DNA of 59,013 bases from an uncultured Clostridia bacterium (GCA_944381235.1 CALWKI010000025.1:1-59013); one strand, 5' to 3'. Numbered from the stretch's first letter, positions 26,805 to 37,253 are shown. Notes: generated from the sequence alone by a model not told the origin. A program made the numbers and translations.

Positions 26805-27512
26805 TTACAAAGACTTAAGATAGTCCACTTCGTTTTCCTTTAGACGCCTAATTTCTCCTCTTTTAAGTCCACCTAATTTTATCCCCGCCATTTGAGTTCT
26901 TTTTAGAAATATAACTTCTTTACCAATCGCGTCAAACATTTTTCTTATTTCTCTATTTTTGCCCTCCGTGAGTGTAACCTCTAACTTTGACACATTATTT
27001 TCAAAAGACAGCAATTTTACCTTACACTTAGAATATCTAACATTATTAACTACAACCCCCGCTCTTAGTACCGCCAGTTCGCTTTCTTTCATACTTCCAA
27101 CTACTTTCACAATATATTTCTTTTCAATGCCAAACTTTGGGTGAGTAAGTTTATATGTGAGTTCCCCATCATTTGTAAGAAATATTAAACCTTCACTATC
27201 ATAGTCAAGCCTTCCAACTGGAAAAACACGTCTATCTATATCCTCAAGTAAGTCAACAATAGATTTTCTATTTCTATCATCACTCATGCTGCATATATAT
27301 CCTTTTGGCTTATTTAACATATAATACACATATGCGTCTGTTAGACTTATCTCTTGATTACTAATTGTTACCTTATCTTTAGTAACATCTACATCAGTTG
27401 CAAGTTTATCAACCACAACCCCGTTTATACGCACAAGTCCACTTTTTATATATTCTTCTGCCTTTCTTCTTGAACAAACCCCACACTCTGAAATAAACTT
27501 ATTTATCCTCAT
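26805..27512 (-). CDS. rluB: Pseudouridine synthase, RsuA/RluB family with N-terminal S4 domain
   Basis: S4 motif (RINKFISECGVCSRRKAEE) and catalytic GRLDYDSEGL motif. Length 235 aa. Confidence 0.8.
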   Translation of the reverse strand: MRINKFISECGVCSRRKAEEYIKSGLVRINGVVVDKLATDVDVTKDKVTISNQEISLTDAYVYYMLNKPKGYICSMSDDRNRKSIVDLLEDIDRRVFPVGRLDYDSEGLIFLTNDGELTYKLTHPKFGIEKKYIVKVVGSMKESELAVLRAGVVVNNVRYSKCKVKLLSFENNVSKLEVTLTEGKNREIRKMFDAIGKEVIFLKRTQMAGIKLGGLKRGEIRRLKENEVDYLKSL

Positions 27513-27513
27513 T

Positions 27514-28674
27514 TTACCACTTTTCCAAAATATCTTTTAATTTGTCAACTGGGTCTAACCCCTCGACACTTTCAATATTATACAAATTTTCGGTAAAAAT
27601 CAAGGAATTGTCATAGTAAATTTTCACTTCGCCGAGTTTAGTATCTTTTTCAACTGGCGCTTTAACTATTTTCTCATAATCATACTCTACCTTATAATTT
27701 TTAATTTCTTCTTCCGTTGCAACTACACTATAGCCATCTTTGTTATATAGTCTCAAAGTTTCGGACTTACCATCTTCAACAGTTATATCGTCTACGAATT
27801 TATAACTTGGCAAAACTTCATAAAGTTTATATTCGTTAAACGCCTTATTAATAAGATTTATGCTATCTTCAAACATTGGTCCATCATTTAAAACAACGCA
27901 TACTACTTGCATTCCATCTCTAGTGCAACTGGAAACTAAACAGCGACCAGATTTTTTTGTGTACCCAGTTTTAACCCCATCGCAACCTTCCAAACTGTTA
28001 AGTAGTTTGTTCTTATTTAAAAGCGTCCTCGCGGTATTATGTTCAGTAGCTTTTATCACATGTTTTTTTGTAGAAACTATTTCTTGAAATACAGGATTTT
28101 TTAACGCATAACTAGTTATTTTGGCTAAATCATACGCAGTTGTATAATGATCCTTGTCGTCAAGTCCGTGAGGAGTAACAAAATTACTATTTTGTGCCCC
28201 ACATTTCTTGGCTGTTTCATTCATAAGTTCCGCAAATCTCTCAATACTACCATCACCTATATGAAGTGCAAGCGTTTCTGCCGCGTCATTTCCAGACTGC
28301 AACATTAAGCCATAAAGTAAATCACAAATACTAAGTTTTTCATTTTCTCTTAAATAAATTGAACTTCCTTCAACTAGTGTCGCCTTTCTTGGAACAGTTA
28401 TAAGTTCGTCTAAATTATCGCAATTTTCAATCACTGTAATTGCCGTTACAATCTTTGTTGTGCTTGCCATTGGTAGTTGCATATCTTTATTTTTACTATA
28501 TAAAACCTTGTCGTGAAGAGTTTCCATAACAATCATTGCTTTTGCAGATGTATTTGCGTCATTTAAGGCCATAGCATCTACTTTAACTGGAATTAAACTC
28601 TTAGTAACAAAATGGTTTACAACAAAAATTAAAGCAAAAGATAAACATAAAAAACCAATAAAATACCTTTTCAA
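27514..28674 (-). CDS. Serine-type D-alanyl-D-alanine carboxypeptidase (PBP5 family; dacB-like by its position next to rluB)
   Basis: Signal/TM N-terminus, SxxK (ASTTK), SxN (SGN), KTG (VKTGYT) and a C-terminal beta domain. Confidence 0.85.
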   Translation of the reverse strand: MKRYFIGFLCLSFALIFVVNHFVTKSLIPVKVDAMALNDANTSAKAMIVMETLHDKVLYSKNKDMQLPMASTTKIVTAITVIENCDNLDELITVPRKATLVEGSSIYLRENEKLSICDLLYGLMLQSGNDAAETLALHIGDGSIERFAELMNETAKKCGAQNSNFVTPHGLDDKDHYTTAYDLAKITSYALKNPVFQEIVSTKKHVIKATEHNTARTLLNKNKLLNSLEGCDGVKTGYTKKSGRCLVSSCTRDGMQVVCVVLNDGPMFEDSINLINKAFNEYKLYEVLPSYKFVDDITVEDGKSETLRLYNKDGYSVVATEEEIKNYKVEYDYEKIVKAPVEKDTKLGEVKIYYDNSLIFTENLYNIESVEGLDPVDKLKDILEKW

Positions 28675-28691
28675 AATTTTCTTTCTCCTTT

Positions 28692-29048
28692 CTACTTTAT
28701 TTTCTTTACAAAGTCACTAACCACATCAACCACCTTTTCAAAATTGTTTTCATGGCTCACCTTTATAAACTGCACATTATCTTTTACAACAACTAAAAAA
28801 CCTATTGGGGTTATATTACACCCTCCTCCGCTACCACCCGCAAAAGGATAACTAGGCTCATGCTTTCGTTTTTTGTCGTTATATTCTCCACCACCACTTA
28901 CAAAACCAAGAGATACTTTTGAAATAGGAATGATAGTCGCCCCGTCTTCAACTATTGGCTTTCCAACGATTGAATCAACGTCAATTATTGATTTTAAATT
29001 TCTAAGTGTTTCCTCTAACACATTTTCAACAGGTTTTTTCGTTTCCAT
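28692..29048 (-). CDS. ytfJ: Sporulation protein YtfJ
   Basis: 118 aa. The motif GGSGGGCNITPIGFLVV is typical of the YtfJ/GerW family. RBS GAGGAG. Confidence 0.8.
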   Translation of the reverse strand: METKKPVENVLEETLRNLKSIIDVDSIVGKPIVEDGATIIPISKVSLGFVSGGGEYNDKKRKHEPSYPFAGGSGGGCNITPIGFLVVVKDNVQFIKVSHENNFEKVVDVVSDFVKKIK

Positions 29049-29601
29049 ATTTTTTAACTCCTCTTTTTATTTTTTTAAATAAACTTACGACTAAACTTAA
29101 TATAATTAAAAATATATTAAGTCTTACACTTCCGCTAAAACAAAATAGCATACGACTGTGCATGTAATCAGGAAAAACCATAATTTTGCCGTGCTCTATG
29201 TTTTTTTCAGAAGATAAGGTAGATATTAAAATTGAAGATAAAGCCAAAATTGAACCACTACCGATACTCGATAAAAGACAATCTTGAAATAAGCCAAATC
29301 TAGACGTCAACCTAAGGTTATTTATCCTTAGCCTTTTCATTACCTCTTTAAAGAAAATTTCACCGTAAGAATAGTCTTTTTCTTTTTTGAAAATTTTAAA
29401 CTTAAATCGTTTCCTTTTAGTCTCTATCAAAATTTTAAAAGGAACAAATGATATCTTGCATAAAAACACTTTGAGTTTGTAAAAGTAAATACTAACAAAT
29501 CCATAGTTGTTAAGGATATCATAATTTACTTTTGCCTTTAATTTTATAGGAACAAAAAGTATAAATAGAAGCAACAAAAAAAGTATGATAAATAATCTCA
29601 T
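29026..29601 (-). CDS. DUF2953 / YtfI-like membrane protein
   Basis: N-terminal TM, basic composition, 191 aa, and a position directly upstream of ytfJ with overlap, as for ytfI-ytfJ in Bacillus. The call rests mainly on synteny. Confidence 0.5.
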   Translation of the reverse strand: MRLFIILFLLLLFILFVPIKLKAKVNYDILNNYGFVSIYFYKLKVFLCKISFVPFKILIETKRKRFKFKIFKKEKDYSYGEIFFKEVMKRLRINNLRLTSRFGLFQDCLLSSIGSGSILALSSILISTLSSEKNIEHGKIMVFPDYMHSRMLFCFSGSVRLNIFLIILSLVVSLFKKIKRGVKKYGNEKTC

Positions 29602-29708
29602 ACCTTTATTTTTTGTAAGTTTTAAAAAATTATTTATAAATTAGCAATTTTTAACGCTATTTCAAATAATTGTGCAAACTCATAAAAATTAGAATCTGTG
29701 AGTAAACT

Positions 29709-30266
29709 TTAAATTCGTCCTTTATAGTGTTTCATACCATTTATAATTCGTTCAACATATGTCTTAGTCACATTATATGGTACCCTGTCAAGCGTTTTGC
29801 CGTCCTGACTAATAGTAGTGTCATCAAGCCAAAGAGACACGGTTGTTTCACCCGCATTATAGGCAGATAAATAAACTGTAATATCTTTAAATTTTTCTCT
29901 TAAATAACTTAAGTAATAACAGCCATATTTAATATTTGTTTCTGGGTCAAAAAGTTTTTCTGTCGCGTAATCTTCGTCTCCTAGTTTTTCAGCAATATAT
30001 TTGCCAGTACTAGGGGATATTTGCATAAGACCTATAGCATTCATTTTTGAGACGGCACTTGGATTAAAACTACTTTCTTCGTTAATCACACTTGCAACAA
30101 GCGTTGGAGAAAGCGAATATTCATTCGAATATTTTGTTATATACTCATTATATTTTATGGGATATCTAACTTTGTAAAAGATAAGCATTGATAAAAGAAG
30201 TAACCCAATAATTATAAAAAAGGCTAAAATATAAACAAACTTACTTTTTTTCTTTACTTTGTCCAT
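29709..30266 (-). CDS. Membrane-anchored lytic transglycosylase (SLT domain)
   Basis: N-terminal TM, catalytic-Glu context VINEESSFNP, AIGLMQI, and YNAG. Confidence 0.8.
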   Translation of the reverse strand: MDKVKKKSKFVYILAFFIIIGLLLLSMLIFYKVRYPIKYNEYITKYSNEYSLSPTLVASVINEESSFNPSAVSKMNAIGLMQISPSTGKYIAEKLGDEDYATEKLFDPETNIKYGCYYLSYLREKFKDITVYLSAYNAGETTVSLWLDDTTISQDGKTLDRVPYNVTKTYVERIINGMKHYKGRI

Positions 30267-30300
30267 ATTTTTATTTTATGCCATTTTTTTAAATTTATTA

Positions 30301-32865
30301 TTAGCAGTCAAACCATGTTTTACCAGAACTAACATCAACAGTTAGAGGAACACTAAGTTTTACCACATTCTCCATATTTTCTTTAAGGAGTCTAGCGACA
30401 AGTGTAATTTCATCATTTGTCGCATCAATTATAAGTTCATCATGAATTTGCAAAATTAGTTTACTTTTCATATTCTTTTCAATAAGCGCCTTATGAACAT
30501 TTACCATTGCAAGTTTTATAATATCACTTGCACTTCCCTGTAATGGCGTATTCATAGCCACTCTTTCGCCAAAATTTTTTGTAATATATTTAGAAGATGA
30601 TAGTTCGTTTATTTTTCTTCTTCTATTAAAGAGAGTTCTCGCATAGCCAGTATTTTTAGCGCTTTCAATACATGAGTCAAGATAGGCTTTTATTTTAGAA
30701 TATCTTTTAAAATACCTTTCTATATACTCTTTTGCTTGCTTTCTAGTACACCCTATATTTTGTGCAAGTCCAAAATCGGATATTCCATAAATTATACCAA
30801 AATTGACCGCTTTAGCAGTTCGTCGCATTCCTGCGTCAACGTCTTGAATTGGTACACCAAAAATTTCGCTTGCCGTAAGCGAATGGATGTCAATGCCATT
30901 ATGAAAAGCATTAATTAAACTCTCGTCATTGCTATAATGCGCAAGAAGTCTCAGTTCAATTTGTGAATAGTCTGCACTTACAAGGGCACCTTCCTTATGC
31001 CTTGTGATAAATATTTTTCTTAAATTCCTACCTTCTTCTTCACGTACTGGTATATTTTGAAGATTAGGCTCACTTGAAGAAAGTCGACCGGTGGCGGTTA
31101 GAGTTTGATTAAAAAGCGTGTGAATAATATTTTCATCGCCACTTAACATCTCTTCATATGGTTCAATATATGTTGAGACTATTTTCTTTATTTTTCTATA
31201 TCTTATGATATATGAAATTATTGGGTGTAAATCATATAATTCTTCTAACCTATCAATACTAGTTGATTTCTTTTTATTGTTATAGGATATTAATTTTAAG
31301 TCGTTATACAACACCTCACCAACTTGTTTTGGCGAATTTACATTAAACTCTTTCCCTGCAAGCGTATGAATTGTAGTCGCGAGAGACTCAAGTTCACTTG
31401 TGTACTTATTCCTTAAATCTGACAAAGTACTCTTATCAATCTTAAAACCGGTTTTTTCCATTTCAAATAAAACATCAGTTAGAGGAAACTCAATTTTGTT
31501 ATATAGGTCGTCAAGTTTATTATCAATTAATTCTTTCTTTAGTATATCGTATAAGTAAAATAAACTTACACCCTGTAACTTTTCATTTATGTCATAATCA
31601 TTAAACAAATTTTTCTTTGACGCCTCTTTTTCGCCAGCGATTAAAAGATAGTAGGCTAAAATAACATCAAACTTTACGCCTTTTAAATTAATGTTTAATT
31701 TGTCTAAATGGTGCATTAAAGTTTTTTTATCATAAACAATTTTCTCTATTTTTTCATCTTCAAAAATCTCTTTTAGTTTGCCAAGTGCTCCATCAAAAGT
31801 AAACGGTGCCCTTAGAAGAGTATCATTCATTTCAACATAATACTCGCAATTCTTGTCATAAGCAAACGAAAGCGCCGTATTTGTAATTTCAAAATTAAAG
31901 AAGCCCGATTTTTTTATGTGCCCAATCTGTTTGTCAAGTGTTTCATAGTCTTTTATTTCAATTTCATTTGCTATAAATTTTGGTTGTTTCGACTTAGTCT
32001 CTACTTTACCTATAAATATGTCGTCTCTTTTAGTTAGGCTATTAAAATCATATTCGTCAAAGAGTTTATAAACCTCTTCGCTAAAAGGAAATGGATACAA
32101 AAAATCATCTAACTTTACATTAAGCGCTATATCAGTTTTTATAGTTGAAAGTTCACGGCTAAGATAGGCAGAACTTTTTCCAAGAACTATTTTTTCCTGT
32201 AGTTTGCCTTTTAACTTATCAGTATTTTCATAGACTCCGTCAAGAGAGCCATAGGTTTTTATAAGTTCCAAACCCGTCTTTTCGCCAACACCTAAAACCC
32301 CCGGTATGTTATCCGACGCGTCTCCCATAAGTGCCTTTAAATCAATAAATTTCGACACATCTATACCATATTCCTCTTTAAAGGAAATGCTATTCATATT
32401 CTTTACTTCGGTAATACCTTTTTTAGTCAGCCAAACCTCAGTATTGTCATTTATGAGTTGCAAAGCATCTCTATCACCAGTCACTATAATGTTTTTGGTA
32501 TTGAAACTATGTGACAAAGTTCCAATAATATCATCTGCCTCGTAACCCTCTAATTCAATATATTTTATTTGCATCGTATCTAAAAACTTTCTTAAAATAG
32601 GAAACTGACTTATAAGTTCGCTTGGTGTGGGACGTCGTTTTGCCTTATATTCAGGGAAAAGGTTATTTCTAAACGTCTTTTTACCATAGTCAAGAGCAAC
32701 CGCTATATACTTTGGCTTTATCTCAAAAATTGCTTTAATAAGAATGTTTACAAAACCATATACGCCGTTTGAGTATTCACCCTTACTATTTGATAAAAGT
32801 GGAAGAGCATAAAACGCCCTATTAATCAAACTATTCCCGTCAATGATTACAAATTTTTCTTCCAT
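30301..32865 (-). CDS. polA: DNA polymerase I
   Basis: 854 aa. 5'-3' exonuclease N-terminus (GDASDNIPGV) and polymerase motifs A (DYSQIELR), B (RRTAKAVNFGIIYG) and C (QIHDEL). Confidence 0.95.
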   Translation of the reverse strand: MEEKFVIIDGNSLINRAFYALPLLSNSKGEYSNGVYGFVNILIKAIFEIKPKYIAVALDYGKKTFRNNLFPEYKAKRRPTPSELISQFPILRKFLDTMQIKYIELEGYEADDIIGTLSHSFNTKNIIVTGDRDALQLINDNTEVWLTKKGITEVKNMNSISFKEEYGIDVSKFIDLKALMGDASDNIPGVLGVGEKTGLELIKTYGSLDGVYENTDKLKGKLQEKIVLGKSSAYLSRELSTIKTDIALNVKLDDFLYPFPFSEEVYKLFDEYDFNSLTKRDDIFIGKVETKSKQPKFIANEIEIKDYETLDKQIGHIKKSGFFNFEITNTALSFAYDKNCEYYVEMNDTLLRAPFTFDGALGKLKEIFEDEKIEKIVYDKKTLMHHLDKLNINLKGVKFDVILAYYLLIAGEKEASKKNLFNDYDINEKLQGVSLFYLYDILKKELIDNKLDDLYNKIEFPLTDVLFEMEKTGFKIDKSTLSDLRNKYTSELESLATTIHTLAGKEFNVNSPKQVGEVLYNDLKLISYNNKKKSTSIDRLEELYDLHPIISYIIRYRKIKKIVSTYIEPYEEMLSGDENIIHTLFNQTLTATGRLSSSEPNLQNIPVREEEGRNLRKIFITRHKEGALVSADYSQIELRLLAHYSNDESLINAFHNGIDIHSLTASEIFGVPIQDVDAGMRRTAKAVNFGIIYGISDFGLAQNIGCTRKQAKEYIERYFKRYSKIKAYLDSCIESAKNTGYARTLFNRRRKINELSSSKYITKNFGERVAMNTPLQGSASDIIKLAMVNVHKALIEKNMKSKLILQIHDELIIDATNDEITLVARLLKENMENVVKLSVPLTVDVSSGKTWFDC

Positions 32866-32931
32866 TACATCTTTCCCTTTTAGAAATTAATTAGAATTTT
32901 AGTATAAAAACAGGCTAAAAACGTGCCAATA

Positions 32932-33534
32932 TTATTTTGGACAGGTCTCGTCAAGATATGTAGCCTCAATGTCAGATATGTGGAATATTACACTAAGTGG
33001 ATAACTATAAAAAGCGTTACTTATAGAGTGATTACCACCAAGAACCCTTGAATCAAAGCCACCCATATGCCAATTTATCGCCATTGCCTCTTCGCGAGTC
33101 AATTTCATAAAACCAGATATCATATAAACCGACTTTTCACCATGTCCATAAGGTAAAGTGTCATTATAAGCAAAATAAGGTTGCTTAGTCCACTCTCCGT
33201 TAACTTTTACATTCCTATAATCAATCTTATAACAATCAACTTTGCAAATATCGTGAAGAAGTGCAATCACAGCAATACTCTCTTCACTAATATGGTCTAA
33301 ATAATTATCTCCATACTCTAAAGTTATATTCTGTTTAAACCTTTTGTACGCGTTTAACGAATGAAGACAAAGCCCTCCCTCAATTGCCGAATGAAATTTT
33401 GTACTAGCCGGTGCAGTAAAAAAGTCTGTTGAAGATAAATAATTTAACAAATCCTCTGCCCCGTCTCTTTTTATATTTGACTTAAAAATGCTTATAAATT
33501 CTTCTTTATTCTTTTGAATTTCTACTTGTGTCAT
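32932..33534 (-). CDS. HD-domain phosphohydrolase
   Basis: H...HD pattern (FHSAIEGGLCLHS...LLHDICK). The start was moved to the Met preceded by RBS AGGGAAG (MTQVEIQ). The track ORF extends to 33585 without an SD. Confidence 0.7.
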   Translation of the reverse strand: MTQVEIQKNKEEFISIFKSNIKRDGAEDLLNYLSSTDFFTAPASTKFHSAIEGGLCLHSLNAYKRFKQNITLEYGDNYLDHISEESIAVIALLHDICKVDCYKIDYRNVKVNGEWTKQPYFAYNDTLPYGHGEKSVYMISGFMKLTREEAMAINWHMGGFDSRVLGGNHSISNAFYSYPLSVIFHISDIEATYLDETCPK

Positions 33535-33611
33535 TTTACTTCCCTTTAAAACACCAAATGTTTTTGTGATAAATAAGTTTATCATAAAAAAAATATTATG
33601 TCTAAAAAAAA

Positions 33612-33642
33612 TAAAAAAAAGTTAGAGATTAAATACTCTAAC
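33612..33642 (-). terminator. Rho-independent terminator of rpsT
   Basis: Minus strand: GTTAGAG / CTCTAAC stem followed by a run of 8-9 T. Confidence 0.65.
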
Positions 33643-33663
33643 CTTTTAATTTTTTCCGTAATA

Positions 33664-34083
33664 CTAAGCCTTTTTTGTAACTTTCTTTGCAGCAGGCTTT
33701 TTTTCAACCTTTTCCTCTTGACTTGCTGTCTTTTTTGTAGTTTTTTCCTTTTTTTCTACTTTTTCTTCTTTTGCGTCCACAGCAACCTCTTTAGTACTTT
33801 CTGCAACTTTGCTTGGTGCATTTGCCTTTGCTTTATTAAGCATTAAGTTAAGACGAGAGATTTTTCTACTCGCATTATTAGCATGAATGACACCTTTACT
33901 TTTAGCAGAATCTATATATGAGATAATGTCTCTCAACATCGCTTCCGCTTTAACAACATCAGTACTAACTGCAACCCTGAATTTCTTTATCATAGTTGCC
34001 ATAGTTGACTTAACATATCTATTTTCTTCTCTTCTTCTACTAATAACAAGAACTCTCTTTTTTGCTGATTTAATGTTTGGCAT
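33664..34083 (-). CDS. rpsT: 30S ribosomal protein S20 with a ~50-aa Lys/Glu/Ala-rich C-terminal extension
   Basis: N-terminus MPNIKSAKKRV...RRREENR is classic S20. The total of 139 aa compares with about 85-90 usual. Confidence 0.9.
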   Translation of the reverse strand: MPNIKSAKKRVLVISRRREENRYVKSTMATMIKKFRVAVSTDVVKAEAMLRDIISYIDSAKSKGVIHANNASRKISRLNLMLNKAKANAPSKVAESTKEVAVDAKEEKVEKKEKTTKKTASQEEKVEKKPAAKKVTKKA

Positions 34084-34110
34084 TACATTCTCCTTTCTAA
34101 TGACTAAAAG

Positions 34111-34139
34111 AGTTTAGCATATATAAAACAATTTTGCAA
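34111..34139 (-). promoter_or_regulatory. Sigma-A type promoter for rpsT
   Basis: Minus strand: TTGCAA (34139-34134), 17-nt spacer, TAAACT (34116-34111). Confidence 0.55.
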
Positions 34140-34236
34140 CTACTTTTTTTAATTTTTTCTCAAAAAAACCTTTAAAATTATTATAAAAACCCTCAATTAT
34201 TAGTTGTTTTTTTAAATTGAATTGATGTAGAAACTA

Positions 34237-35214
34237 TTATGAAAGTATAGACGAAATAAGAAAACTTACTGCATTCTTTGCTTCCATCATCCCACTTTTT
34301 AGTTTAAACTCAATTTCAACACATAAATCAAATATTTTCTTTAATTCTTTTTGAGTGAAAAATCTAAGTTGTTCTCTATATTTTTTTATTGCAAATTCCT
34401 TAATATTTAAGTACTCCGCAAGTTCAAAATCATTAAAATTACTTCTAGATATAAAAAATAATCTTCTAAAATGATTTGTGATAAGACTCACAATAGACAA
34501 TGGTTGTTCTTTATTTTTTAACATTGCATTTGTCAGCATAAACGCCTTATCTTTATCTTTATTGCTAATTGCATTTGAAAGGTCAAAAATCACATACTCT
34601 ATATCTTTTGTAATGTAACTTTCAACATCTTCGTTTGTTATTGTTTTACTACTAGCCCCCACTTTTATTGACGCTAGTTTTTCTATTTCAGTATTTAGTT
34701 TAGTTATAGAGTAATTACAATAATCAAATAGTTTATTTAAGACATCGTTATCTATGTCAAGCCCTTTTCCCTTTAGTTTGCCAATAACCCAGTTTCTTAG
34801 GAACTGAATAGACACTTTATCACATTCTACGTTTTCGACCTTTCCCTCAAAACTAGAAAAAAATTCACTTTTGTTTGTCGAAAAAAATACAATACATGTA
34901 GAAGCACAAGGGTTTTTTAAGTAATTCAAAAAAGCATTTTTTTCAGAGTCGCTTTTTTTACCCATATAATCGTAAATAACAATTAACCTAAAACTATCCA
35001 TAATAGGTAAAACATTACAACTTGCCACAATATCCTTCATATTTCCGCTAAACTCATCACTAAAGTAAACCTTATTAAATTCGTTTAGGCTAATATTTAG
35101 CCGCTTTTCAATGGTTTTTAGTGCCAAAGTGGTCAAATAACTTTCCCCGCCATTAATTAAATATGCAGGTCTTATTTGCTTATTTAAATCGTTTTCAAGG
35201 TCTTCAAATTTCAT
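34237..35214 (-). CDS. holA: DNA polymerase III delta subunit
   Basis: 325 aa. Position between comEC and rpsT as in Bacillus, with N-terminal YLI.G.E..L and C-terminal helical domain patterns. Confidence 0.8.
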   Translation of the reverse strand: MKFEDLENDLNKQIRPAYLINGGESYLTTLALKTIEKRLNISLNEFNKVYFSDEFSGNMKDIVASCNVLPIMDSFRLIVIYDYMGKKSDSEKNAFLNYLKNPCASTCIVFFSTNKSEFFSSFEGKVENVECDKVSIQFLRNWVIGKLKGKGLDIDNDVLNKLFDYCNYSITKLNTEIEKLASIKVGASSKTITNEDVESYITKDIEYVIFDLSNAISNKDKDKAFMLTNAMLKNKEQPLSIVSLITNHFRRLFFISRSNFNDFELAEYLNIKEFAIKKYREQLRFFTQKELKKIFDLCVEIEFKLKSGMMEAKNAVSFLISSILS

Positions 35215-35298
35215 TTATGTATCTCCTATTTTACTCAAGTTTAAGTTTTTATATTTAATATTTTTATTTTATCACAATTAAATTTAAATTAAAATTTT

Positions 35299-37011
35299 TT
35301 ATGTTACACTTGCTGTGACTACTGGGCTAACAACACAAACGTAAGTTTCATTTTTACATTTAAAAACATCATTTTCTTTATCTAAATATGTAGAACATAT
35401 ATTATAAACCTGTCCAGTGTCGAGTTCTATATCATATTCGGCTTTGAGATTATGATTAAACTGCGCATTATTTTTCATATCAACAGATACACCTATTACG
35501 ATTATAAAAAATATGCTAAGAGAAATAATAAGTTTGTATTTCCACTCTAAAACCACATACTTACTAACGACAAACATCATTATGTAATAAATAAATGTAA
35601 GTGATGTACTTATCCTTGGCATATTAATAATATTATAAGGAAGTAAGTTTACAAGTTGATTCAAATAGACAATCGTTTGCAAAACACATTTTGGTATTTC
35701 ATATAAAAATTTTAAAAATGGCAAAATAATTACCACAATATTGATAAGAAATAACATTGTGTAAAAGAGCGAAAATAGTGGAATTATAACAAGATTTGCA
35801 AGTAGCGACCAAGTTGACAAATAGCCATAAACATTTGCAAATATAGGTAGAAGCGCAAGTTGAGCGCTAAGAGATGTAACTACAGAAAAATACACCGCAT
35901 TTAAAAAAGTGTTATTTATTTTAACTCTATTAAACAAATTTGAAAACATTATTATCCCCAAAATTGAGAGAAATGTCATTTGGAAGCCTATATCGAAAAC
36001 GTACATAGGATTGATAATTAATAAAATGCAACCAGATAAACTTGTAGAGTTAAGTCCGTCATACCTACTAAAACAAATACTCGCAAGGAGTGCAACCATA
36101 GCCATAATACTTGACCTGATAACAGGCGAATTAAAATTACAGAGCATACAGAAGAAAAATAAAATTAAACTAAGTATTATAAAATTAACTTTTTTATTTA
36201 CTTTTAATTTTTTTAAAATGAAATTTATAATAAAAGCAATAAGGCTTATATGTATACCAGAAACTGAGAAAATATGTGCCACACCTGAATAACTAAATTC
36301 ATTTAATAAATCTCTGTCGGTGTAATTTGTGTCCCCATAAAGAGAGGTAAATGCAAGATTACCAAGTTTCTCTCCGAAGCCATCAATTAGCAACCCTCTA
36401 TTATATTCTCTAAATCTTTCGATACTAGATGCCTCATTTTGTAAAACTATAATTTGACTTGATGAGATATATGCACTATACCTTATGTCATTTCTTAAAT
36501 AAAACGTCTCAATCTCATTGTTTTCATCTAAGATTTCCATTCCGCTAATTTTAGAAGAAAAAGCAATTCTATCATACAAATCAGCTTTTATTAAGCTATC
36601 AACATTGACAGAAAGTGAAGTTCTACCTTTCAACTTATAACTATTCCCTTCCTCATCTAAAACATTAACATTTTCAATAGTAATAAAACAAAAATCACTT
36701 TGAAGCCTATTTATATTTGAAACCTTACCTGTAATGTATAGTTCTTGATAGTGATTAAACGAATAGTCTGTATAGTTATTTAAAAATACATATGGATATA
36801 CAACTAGAAGAGTAAAAAATAAAATTGAAAAAACAAACGAAATATACCTTCCTTTAAAAAGTAGGAGTGATGAAAAAAACAAAGGTATAATAAGTGCAAA
36901 TGAATAATATAGGTTTAAAAACATCTTATATGATAAATATACACAAAACAAACCTACAACAAATAAATAAAATATTATTCTAAAATTAACAATCTTCTTA
37001 GTCTTAACCAT
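35299..37011 (-). CDS. comEC: ComEC/Rec2-family DNA internalisation channel protein (short form without the metallo-beta-lactamase domain)
   Basis: 570 aa, polytopic, with an N-terminal OB-like soluble insert (DUF4131-like). The competence-domain motif region is GVAHIFSVSGIHISL. No HxHxDH motif is present. Conserved comEC-holA-rpsT synteny. Confidence 0.8.
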   Translation of the reverse strand: MVKTKKIVNFRIIFYLFVVGLFCVYLSYKMFLNLYYSFALIIPLFFSSLLLFKGRYISFVFSILFFTLLVVYPYVFLNNYTDYSFNHYQELYITGKVSNINRLQSDFCFITIENVNVLDEEGNSYKLKGRTSLSVNVDSLIKADLYDRIAFSSKISGMEILDENNEIETFYLRNDIRYSAYISSSQIIVLQNEASSIERFREYNRGLLIDGFGEKLGNLAFTSLYGDTNYTDRDLLNEFSYSGVAHIFSVSGIHISLIAFIINFILKKLKVNKKVNFIILSLILFFFCMLCNFNSPVIRSSIMAMVALLASICFSRYDGLNSTSLSGCILLIINPMYVFDIGFQMTFLSILGIIMFSNLFNRVKINNTFLNAVYFSVVTSLSAQLALLPIFANVYGYLSTWSLLANLVIIPLFSLFYTMLFLINIVVIILPFLKFLYEIPKCVLQTIVYLNQLVNLLPYNIINMPRISTSLTFIYYIMMFVVSKYVVLEWKYKLIISLSIFFIIVIGVSVDMKNNAQFNHNLKAEYDIELDTGQVYNICSTYLDKENDVFKCKNETYVCVVSPVVTASVT

Positions 37012-37173
37012 AAAAACGACTTTTTATTATACACAAAAATATAAAAAGTGTCAAAAATTAACAAAGCACAAAATAAAACTAAGCAGAAAAATTTTGCTTT
37101 ATAGTTTATAAAATTCAAAATTTCTATTGCTTTTTTCATTTTTATTTGTTATTATAAATGAGCATTTAATTGA

Positions 37174-37248
37174 GCCATCATAGTATAAGGGTTAGTACGC
37201 TGGCCTCTCACGCCGGTAATGCGGGTTCGAATCCCGCTGGTGGTACCA
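37174..37248 (+). tRNA. trnE: tRNA-Glu (anticodon CTC)
   Basis: GCCATCATAGTATAAGGGTTAGTACGCTGGCCTCTCACGCCGGTAATGCGGGTTCGAATCCCGCTGGTGGTACCA. The cloverleaf folds with two G-U pairs in the acceptor stem. Loop CTCTCAC, 4-nt variable loop, CCA encoded. Confidence 0.85.
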
Positions 37249-37253
37249 AATTT

